Positions 57,597 through 64,000 of a stretch of DNA of 64,000 nt are shown piece by piece. The DNA lies in the NCBI GenBank assembly GCA_964607705.1, contig CAZSLI010000004.1, forward strand, positions 15,750 to 79,749. The letters run 5' to 3'. The notes below the pieces were generated by a model. The model searched no databases and had not been told where the DNA came from. It worked only from the letters and a program-made list of their open reading frames with translations. The DNA is from an uncultured Eubacteriales bacterium (lineage in GTDB: Bacteria; Actinomycetota; Coriobacteriia; Anaerosomatales; PHET01). Positions within the stretch are counted from its first letter, which is position 1; each line of letters opens with the position of its first letter. A program made the position numbers and the translations under genes.

Positions 57597-60032
57597 CTAG
57601 GAGATGGCTCCCCGCACCGCCTCTACGCAGCCAAGGGCGTCCGCCGAGTACCCCGCCCCGACCTGCTCGGCCCACTCGCGCGTCACCACCGCCCCGCCGA
57701 CGAACAGCGCCACGTCCGGCTGAGCGGCGCGCACCGCGTCAAGCGTGTCGCGCATGGCGGGCAGCGTCGTCGTCATGAGTGCCGAGAGGCAGACGGCCCG
57801 CACGTCGGCGGCAGCCTCGACCACCCGCTCGACGGGAACGTCCACCCCGAGGTCGACGACCTCGATGCCCTGGCTCTCGAGCATCGAGACGCAGATGTCC
57901 TTCCCGATCGAGTGGATGTCTCCCTTGACCGTCGCGAACGCCACGGACGGGCCTGCCGAGAGACCCTCCCCTTCGGGAAGCAGTTCCTTCACGCGAGCGA
58001 CAGCGGCCTTCATGGCCTCGGCCGCGACCATCATCTGCGGCAGGAAGACCTCGCCGCGCCCGTACGCATCGCCGAGCCGCTGGATAGCGGGCGTCAGCAC
58101 ATCGCCGATGACCGACTCGGGCGCCGTGCCACTCTCGACGACCGCATCGACCAGCGTCGGTGCGCTGTCGGCGTCGCCGCGAAGCATCGCGGTCACGAGC
58201 GCTTCTCGGGGATCCGCAGCCTCGGCTGTCGCACCCTCGGCCACTTGTGCCTCGACCCCTCCAGCGGCCTGCTCCATCGCCGACGCGTACGCCGCCTCCC
58301 ACGCGTCCCACGCCTGCACGTGGGCGTCGGGGTCGACCCCGGCCTCACGCGCCTGATTCACGAGCCGGACGGCCTCCATGACCACGTGATCGTTGGGGTT
58401 CACGATCGCCGAGGACAACCCGTAGGCGGCCGCCACCGACAGGAACGCTGCGTTGAGCAGCGGACGGCTCGGCAGCCCGTGGCTGACATTGGAGACGCCG
58501 AGGGTGGTGGCGAGACCCACGGAACTCGCCGCGCTCATCGCCCCGAGCGTCACGCCGGGCGCGTCCTCGTCGGTGGCCGCGGTCATGACGAGCGCGTCCA
58601 CCACAAGATCGCGTGCCGGAATGCCGTGCTGCTCGGCGGCCGACTGCACGCGATCGACGATCGCCGCGCGCCCCTCGGGCCTGCCGGGGATGCCGTCGTC
58701 ATCGAGCGCAAGCACGACCAGTGCGGCGCCGTAGCGCGCCGCGAGCGGCAGCACCGACTCCATCGATGCAACTTCGCCGTTGACGCTGTTGATGAGCGCC
58801 TTGCCGGGATAGACCCGCAGCGCCGCTTCGAGCGCAGCCGGGTCGGTTGTGTCGAGCACGAGGGGCAGGTCGGTAGAGCCGACCAGCGCGAGCACGGCCT
58901 GCGGAAGGACCGCCGGGGCGTCCACTCCGGCAGCACCGACGTTCACGTCAAGCAGGTCCGCTCCCGCATCCTCCTGCTCGGCGGCATACGAGCGCACCAC
59001 GCTCATCGAGCCGGCGAGCAGCGACTCCTTCAGCTTGGGCTTGCCCGTCGGGTTGATGCGCTCGCCGATCACCCGCAACGGCTGTCCCGGGCCGATCTCA
59101 ACGACTCGCCGAGGACCTGCGAGCACCGTGCCTTCGTGGCCCCGGGAGCCGATGTCCACCACGTCGCGGTCAGCGACGGCATCCACGATCGCTCCCGTGT
59201 GGGCCGGCGACGATCCGCAGCAGGATCCCACTGCGGCCACACCTGCGACACGCACCTGTTCTGCGAAGGCACCCATCTCGTCGGCGGTGCCAGGGAAGAC
59301 CGTGTTCCCGGCGTCATCGAGGGTAGGCAGACCTGCGTTCGGCTGCGCGATGACGGGTAGCCTGGTAGCCCTCACCATGCGGGCGGCGAGCGGCAACATC
59401 TGGTCGGGCCCAAGCCCGCAGTTGAGGCCGACGGCGTCGGCGCCCGCCGCCTCAAGTATCACGGCCGCCGCCTCAGGCGACGTCCCGGACAGGTCCATGA
59501 CGCCTGCGAGCCCGAAGGTACAGCTCGCAAATACCGGCAGGTCACATACGCTCTTGGCGGCGAGCACGGCGCAGCGGGCTTCAGCGATGTCGGTCATCGT
59601 CTCGATGAAGATCGCGTCCGGCTTCTCGGCGGCCAGTGCCGCGGCCTGCTCGGCGAAGGCGGCGAAGACTTCCTCGAACGTGGCAGGTCCGAGCGGTTGC
59701 ATGACGAGCCCCGTCGGGCCCATGTCCGCGAGCACGTGAGGGGGCCCGTAGCGCTTGGCGATCTTCACCGCGGCGCGGTTGAACTCATCGACCCGGTCCG
59801 CGTAGCCATACTCGGCGAGCTTGGGCGCCGACCCGCCGAACGTGTTCGTAATGGTGCAGTCGCTCCCAGCGAGCTGGTAGAGCCGAAGCACCTGTCCCAC
59901 CATGTCGGGCGCGGTGATGTTGAGCAGCTCAGGGCACTCGCCCGCCGGAAGGCCGGCGCGCTGGAGCATCGTTCCCATAGCGCCGTCCAGCACGAGCATC
60001 TCGCGGCCGAGCCGCATCATGATATCGGGCAT
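57597..60032 (-). CDS. metH: Cobalamin-dependent methionine synthase (Hcy-binding, pterin-binding, B12-binding domains; no reactivation domain)
   Basis: LDGAMGTML, GLNC, GSCCG, IGERINPTGK, GDIHSIGKDI, SALMTTT. Confidence 0.92.
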   Translation of the reverse strand: MPDIMMRLGREMLVLDGAMGTMLQRAGLPAGECPELLNITAPDMVGQVLRLYQLAGSDCTITNTFGGSAPKLAEYGYADRVDEFNRAAVKIAKRYGPPHVLADMGPTGLVMQPLGPATFEEVFAAFAEQAAALAAEKPDAIFIETMTDIAEARCAVLAAKSVCDLPVFASCTFGLAGVMDLSGTSPEAAAVILEAAGADAVGLNCGLGPDQMLPLAARMVRATRLPVIAQPNAGLPTLDDAGNTVFPGTADEMGAFAEQVRVAGVAAVGSCCGSSPAHTGAIVDAVADRDVVDIGSRGHEGTVLAGPRRVVEIGPGQPLRVIGERINPTGKPKLKESLLAGSMSVVRSYAAEQEDAGADLLDVNVGAAGVDAPAVLPQAVLALVGSTDLPLVLDTTDPAALEAALRVYPGKALINSVNGEVASMESVLPLAARYGAALVVLALDDDGIPGRPEGRAAIVDRVQSAAEQHGIPARDLVVDALVMTAATDEDAPGVTLGAMSAASSVGLATTLGVSNVSHGLPSRPLLNAAFLSVAAAYGLSSAIVNPNDHVVMEAVRLVNQAREAGVDPDAHVQAWDAWEAAYASAMEQAAGGVEAQVAEGATAEAADPREALVTAMLRGDADSAPTLVDAVVESGTAPESVIGDVLTPAIQRLGDAYGRGEVFLPQMMVAAEAMKAAVARVKELLPEGEGLSAGPSVAFATVKGDIHSIGKDICVSMLESQGIEVVDLGVDVPVERVVEAAADVRAVCLSALMTTTLPAMRDTLDAVRAAQPDVALFVGGAVVTREWAEQVGAGYSADALGCVEAVRGAIS

Positions 60033-60039
60033 GCCGTCC

Positions 60040-60375
60040 CTACTCCTCGACCTTGCTGTTCGCGTATGCCACAGCCATGAACCACAGCGAGCCGACGCAC
60101 ATCAACGCCAGCACGATCATCTCCGTCAGCGGACCGGGACCGTACGCCCTGAGAAACCCGGCCAGCTGCCCTGAGGCCGCCGCCCAGGCGAGGTCGAGTG
60201 CGGCCAGGCCCAGAAACGAGTACGCCACGACCGAGTTGTAGCGCATGGCTGCGGCTTTACCCCTCCTGGCGCCGACTACGTACACAAGTCCGAATCCCAC
60301 GCTGGCCGCCATCGTGATCACGAACCCGACGGGCACGAACGTGAAGACCCACATCTGGTTGTATCCGAAATACAC
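60040..60375 (-). CDS. Small membrane protein (about 3 TM)
   Basis: Hydrophobic 111-aa ORF tightly packed within the operon. Confidence 0.65.
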   Translation of the reverse strand: MYFGYNQMWVFTFVPVGFVITMAASVGFGLVYVVGARRGKAAAMRYNSVVAYSFLGLAALDLAWAAASGQLAGFLRAYGPGPLTEMIVLALMCVGSLWFMAVAYANSKVEE

Positions 60376-60390
60376 GCGAGGCTCCGTACG

Positions 60391-60792
60391 TTAGAACGAA
60401 AGACTGACGGCCCGCCGAGGACACGCGATGACGCACGCCTCGCAGTAGACGCACTTGTCCTTGTCGAACACGAGCGCTTCCCCACTCAGGGTCAGCGCTC
60501 CCGACCGGCAGACAGCCGTGCACAGACCACACGTCACGCAGCGATCCTCATCGAGCTTGATGTCGCTGGCGGCCTCGCGGACCTGAAGACCCTGTGATGC
60601 CAGGAACGCCATGGCGTCCGAGAGTGCGTCCTTGCGGCCGGTGACCTCCACAAGCATGCGGCCCTCCTGACCCGGCTGAATCTGTGCGCGAAGGATATTC
60701 GGCACGATGTCGTAGTCCTTCACCAGGTGATAGACCACGGGCTTCAGCGACTGCCGAGGCGGGAACGTGAGATCGAGGCGCTTCTTCGCCAT
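60391..60792 (-). CDS. NIL domain + 2x[4Fe-4S] ferredoxin (MA1822-like)
   Basis: KPVVYHLVKDY...NILRAQI, CVTCGLCTAVC, CVYCEACVIACP. Confidence 0.92.
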   Translation of the reverse strand: MAKKRLDLTFPPRQSLKPVVYHLVKDYDIVPNILRAQIQPGQEGRMLVEVTGRKDALSDAMAFLASQGLQVREAASDIKLDEDRCVTCGLCTAVCRSGALTLSGEALVFDKDKCVYCEACVIACPRRAVSLSF

Positions 60793-61962
60793 CTAGATCG
60801 CCTCCCCGGCGCGGACCTCGAGGGGCTTGGTGCTCTGGGACCCCGGCGGTGGCAGCAGCTCGACCGGCCGCGCGATCGTCCACCCACCGCGTATCCAGGA
60901 CTTGAGCTCCTCGGCGATAGCGCGCGCCTTCTTCAAGGAGCTGATCGGTCCGGTGGGCACCTTGCGGCCCTCGATCTCTATCTCGCCGCTGCGCAGCTGG
61001 GCGTAGGTGACCCGCCCCATGCTCGGGCGGCTTCGACGCTGAACGCCATAGTCGAACACGGTCGCCGAGATCTGCTCGTCGCTCAAAGCCAGCGTGAGCG
61101 CGATGTCCTCATCGAGTACCGGGATGGGGACGCCGATGCCCATGAAGCACGACACCCCGTACTTGGTCATCGTGGCCGCCGAGTAGTACGCCGGCGATGC
61201 CTGCTTCAGATCCGCGATGACTGCGAGGGTGCCCGAAGGGCCCACCGGTACGCCGTGCTCATCGCGCGTCTGATTGGGATTGTGCTGGGTGCCCTGCCAT
61301 GACACGTAGCCGGGCGCACCGGCGACGAAGCACCGGGTGCCGATGCCGATCGTCCGGTACTCCGGGTCATTGAGCAGCGGCGAAAGCGCGCCCGCCGAGC
61401 AGTAGGTCGCGTTGCCGAGCCTCGGCAACAGCGGGCCAAGGTAGGTGTAGAGGGTCTGGTCGGTCGAGTTCACCGCGACCGCGTAGTTCTGATACGCGTT
61501 GCGAGGGTTGAAGAAATACGCCTGATTGAGGTCATCAAGTGTGACCCAGGTATCTATCTCGGTGCGCGGATAGCAATCAGTGCCCGGCCCCGTGGCCTTG
61601 AGCCGTACGGCGTGGCCCCTGAGCAGGTCCTCGATAACATGGGCACCGCCGTACTCGATACCCCGCGTGAGCGAAGGCTCGGTGGCCCCCAAGTAGGTAT
61701 CGACGGCGGCGAGCCCGCCACTGGCGGGAACGTCGTTGAGGGTGATCGCACCCATCTTGATGGGAGGATCCGAATGTCCGAAGTTCAGAAAGGCGCCGCT
61801 CGAGCACATCGGCCCGAACGTTCCAGTGGTGACCACATCGACCTTGCGGGCGGCCTTCTTGAGACCCTCGTCGGAGGCCAGCGCACCGAACTCCTCGGCG
61901 GTCATCACGACCGCTTCACCGGAAGCGATGCGCTCGTTGATCTCGTCCCAGCTCTTGGCCAT
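60793..61962 (-). CDS. Homocysteine biosynthesis protein / aspartate semialdehyde sulfurtransferase (DUF39, MA1821-like, no CBS domains)
   Basis: EINERI..G.AVV.TAEE, VDVVTTGTFGPMCSSGA, NPRNAYQNY, TLYTYLG, LLNDP.YRTIGIGTR, WQGTQH. Confidence 0.92.
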   Translation of the reverse strand: MAKSWDEINERIASGEAVVMTAEEFGALASDEGLKKAARKVDVVTTGTFGPMCSSGAFLNFGHSDPPIKMGAITLNDVPASGGLAAVDTYLGATEPSLTRGIEYGGAHVIEDLLRGHAVRLKATGPGTDCYPRTEIDTWVTLDDLNQAYFFNPRNAYQNYAVAVNSTDQTLYTYLGPLLPRLGNATYCSAGALSPLLNDPEYRTIGIGTRCFVAGAPGYVSWQGTQHNPNQTRDEHGVPVGPSGTLAVIADLKQASPAYYSAATMTKYGVSCFMGIGVPIPVLDEDIALTLALSDEQISATVFDYGVQRRSRPSMGRVTYAQLRSGEIEIEGRKVPTGPISSLKKARAIAEELKSWIRGGWTIARPVELLPPPGSQSTKPLEVRAGEAI

Positions 61963-62056
61963 GACAGCCGCCCCCTCATGCGACGAAGGGCGCCCGCCTC
62001 GGCCTCGTCACCGAGTGGCGCGCCCTCGAAATGCCGGAATACGCACCGGCGGGCGA

Positions 62057-62086
62057 ATGATACCGACTGACTTGCAGCCGGGTCAA
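62057..62086 (-). promoter_or_regulatory. Sigma70-type promoter for the DUF39 operon
   Basis: TTGACC, 18-nt spacer, TATCAT immediately after the Rrf2 stop. Confidence 0.6.
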
Positions 62087-62089
62087 AAC

Positions 62090-62530
62090 TCAGCGTGAGG
62101 CCCCATTCAGCGCCTCGGGGACGCCGCCCTCGGCCACGCAGTCGGCAAGCGTCATGGTTGCGAGCTCGCGCTCGATCATGGCGTCTATGCGCTTCCACAC
62201 GCCGTTGTGAACGGGGCAGTCATCCGTGCGCCGACACGCGTGTTCGTCGTAGGTGCACAGCGACATCGTGGGCTTCTCGTCCATCGCGACGAAGACGTCG
62301 AGCAATGAGATCTCATCGGCCGCCCTGGCGAGCGCGAAGCCTCCCTGGGAGCCACGCCGAGAGACCAGGAGACCGGAGCGAGCGAGCTTGTTGGCGATCT
62401 GGCGGGCGAAATCGTAGGGAACGTCAGCAGACTCGGAGAGGACGGCGATACTGCAGCGGGCGTCGGGCCCGAGCCTGGTCAGCTCGTAGGCGATGCGTAT
62501 CGCATAGTCCGTACGCCAGGCGATCGGCAT
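62090..62530 (-). CDS. Rrf2 family transcriptional regulator with three Cys
   Basis: TDYAIR, L..SGLL.S.RG..GGF.LAR, ISLLDV; C-x6-C-x5-C (LCTYDEHACRRTDDCPVH). Confidence 0.9.
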   Translation of the reverse strand: MPIAWRTDYAIRIAYELTRLGPDARCSIAVLSESADVPYDFARQIANKLARSGLLVSRRGSQGGFALARAADEISLLDVFVAMDEKPTMSLCTYDEHACRRTDDCPVHNGVWKRIDAMIERELATMTLADCVAEGGVPEALNGASR

Positions 62531-62644
62531 GGTCTGGCCCCTTCTTCTGCCCGTCGGCGAACCACGGTGCCTTTTGCGAGAAAGACAATGCTACGAAGCA
62601 GTGCCTTTTCGTACCCTATTTCGTTGTAAGAAACTGCCGACGAG

Positions 62645-63088
62645 TCAGATGCAACCCAAGCGCCAGAGCGCTGCCGCGACAACCTCGTGATGATCGAAGG
62701 CCAGGGTCTCGGGCAAGTCGTCAGCGAAGAACCATCGGGCCTCGGCGCTGTCGTCGCCCGGCACGACGTAGGGCTCCTCCAAGCCGAGATCCGCGAGATA
62801 GGCCGCGCTGACCGTCCAGCCCCTGGGATCGCGTCCCGGGTCGGCGAACGTCCCCACTGGCACCAGCGGCCCTTCCCAGATCAGGCCCGTCTCCTCGGCC
62901 AGCTCCCGGCGCGCTGCGGCTACAGGCCGCTCGCCCTCATCGACGAATCCGCCCGGCAGCGCCCAGCAGTCCTTGAAGGGATCTGCCGCCCGCTTCACCA
63001 GCAACACCTTCCGCGCTTCAACGGGGCCGCTGAAGACCACAGTGTCGCAACAGAATGCGGGCCGAGGATATGCGTAGGTGTAGTCCAT
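62645..63088 (-). CDS. NUDIX hydrolase
   Basis: WALPGGFVDEGE...AARRELAEETGL, DPGRDPRG, LAFDH. Confidence 0.92.
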   Translation of the reverse strand: MDYTYAYPRPAFCCDTVVFSGPVEARKVLLVKRAADPFKDCWALPGGFVDEGERPVAAARRELAEETGLIWEGPLVPVGTFADPGRDPRGWTVSAAYLADLGLEEPYVVPGDDSAEARWFFADDLPETLAFDHHEVVAAALWRLGCI

Positions 63089-63176
63089 ATCTCCAGTGTA
63101 GCGAATCTGACGTGGAGCGGCAGGGCTCGGCTACACTCGCACCCGTCGTCGGAGATGCACATCTAAGGGGCAGGAC

Positions 63177-64000
63177 TTGTCGCAACGCGCCAAAGTGATA
63201 CTGGCGATGCTCACCATGTACGTCGTCTGGGGAACCACCTACCTCGGCATCAAGGTGGGCGTCGACTCGGGGCTCCCGCCTGCCCTCTTCGCAGGTCTTC
63301 GCCTGTTGCCGGCTGCAGCGATCATGTTCGTGATCGCTCGCATGCGAGGTCTGTCGTTGCGCGTCGACCGTTACGAGTTCAGAGTCGTCACCATCGTCGG
63401 CCTGCTTCTTCTGGTCGGCGGCCAGTACGGGATGATGGTCGCCGAGCAGTACGTGCCTTCGGGGATCGCCGCGCTGGTCGTCGCTTTGAATCCCCTATGG
63501 ATCGCGCTTGTCGAGTCGGCGTTCCCGGACATGCAGCGGCCGGGCAAGCTGGGGTGGATCGGGTTGGCTCTCGGCTTCTCCGGCCTCGGCATCCTTCTGT
63601 GGCCGCGGGTGGCCGACGTGCAGACGGGGCCGGCAGAGCTTCTCGGCATCTCGATCGTCGTGCTCGGCACGTGGCTTTGGACTGCGGGATCGATCTACAG
63701 CAAGCGCCACCCGCTGCGCACCGACGGCATCGTCGTGTCGGCGTACGAGATGCTCGCCGCAGGCCTTGTCACCATCGTCTTGGGTACGGTGACAGGTGAG
63801 TGGCAGAGCTTCGTCATGACGCCCAAGGGCGCGGCCGCCTTGGCCTACCTGATCGTCTTCGGGAGCTGCATCGCATTCAGTGCGTTCGTCTACGCGCTGG
63901 CGCATCTGCCCGCAAGCAAGGTCATGACCTACGCATACGTGAACCCGGTCATCGCGGTGTTCGCCGGCTGGGCCGCCGGCCGCCTGGGGCTGGTGCCGCC
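63177..64000 (+). CDS. EamA/DMT family transporter (3' end truncated by window edge)
   Basis: Manual translation from TTG 63177: YVVWGTTYLGIK, AEQYVPSGIAAL, YLIVFGSCIAF, TYAYVNPVIAV; open to the edge. Confidence 0.9.
   Translation, partial: MSQRAKVILAMLTMYVVWGTTYLGIKVGVDSGLPPALFAGLRLLPAAAIMFVIARMRGLSLRVDRYEFRVVTIVGLLLLVGGQYGMMVAEQYVPSGIAALVVALNPLWIALVESAFPDMQRPGKLGWIGLALGFSGLGILLWPRVADVQTGPAELLGISIVVLGTWLWTAGSIYSKRHPLRTDGIVVSAYEMLAAGLVTIVLGTVTGEWQSFVMTPKGAAALAYLIVFGSCIAFSAFVYALAHLPASKVMTYAYVNPVIAVFAGWAAGRLGLVP

Overview
High-GC, gene-dense chromosomal window from an anaerobic actinobacterium. DUF2469, the GatB insertions, multiheme cytochrome and MetVF point to Coriobacteriia, probably the Anaerosomatales/OPB41 lineage (inference). 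I found no tRNA, rRNA, CRISPR array or mobile element. Main content: (1) a secreted FN3 + multiheme cytochrome c with at least 6 CxxCH motifs that runs off the left edge and is missing from the ORF track; (2) two genes split by the ORF caller at an in-frame UGA that read as selenoproteins, an AhpE-type peroxiredoxin-glutaredoxin fusion (FTPV-U) and a membrane-anchored thioredoxin (U-P-A-C), each with a SECIS-like hairpin whose loop GG lies at +27/+28 from the UGA; (3) a complex I-like operon nuoA-B-CD-H-I-J-K-L-M-N-M with no nuoEFG, two divergent NuoM copies and a 26-aa duplication in the NuoL lateral helix; (4) an arginine-synthetase-like (ArcE/COG2403) gene plus carbamate kinase; (5) four CRP-type boxes, two of them in front of a tandem pair of unknown ~85-aa paralogs; (6) a sulfide-to-methionine block (Rrf2, DUF39, NIL-ferredoxin, cobalamin methionine synthase, metV-metF, lpdA, lipA, with a COG2122 gene nearby); (7) a ferritin-like/GGDEF cyclase and a ferredoxin-CAAX protease fusion; plus housekeeping genes gatCAB, ligA, pncAB and a DEAD-box helicase. 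Start codons were adjusted by eye using RBS and motif positions. Family names come from recognised motifs, not from database searches.
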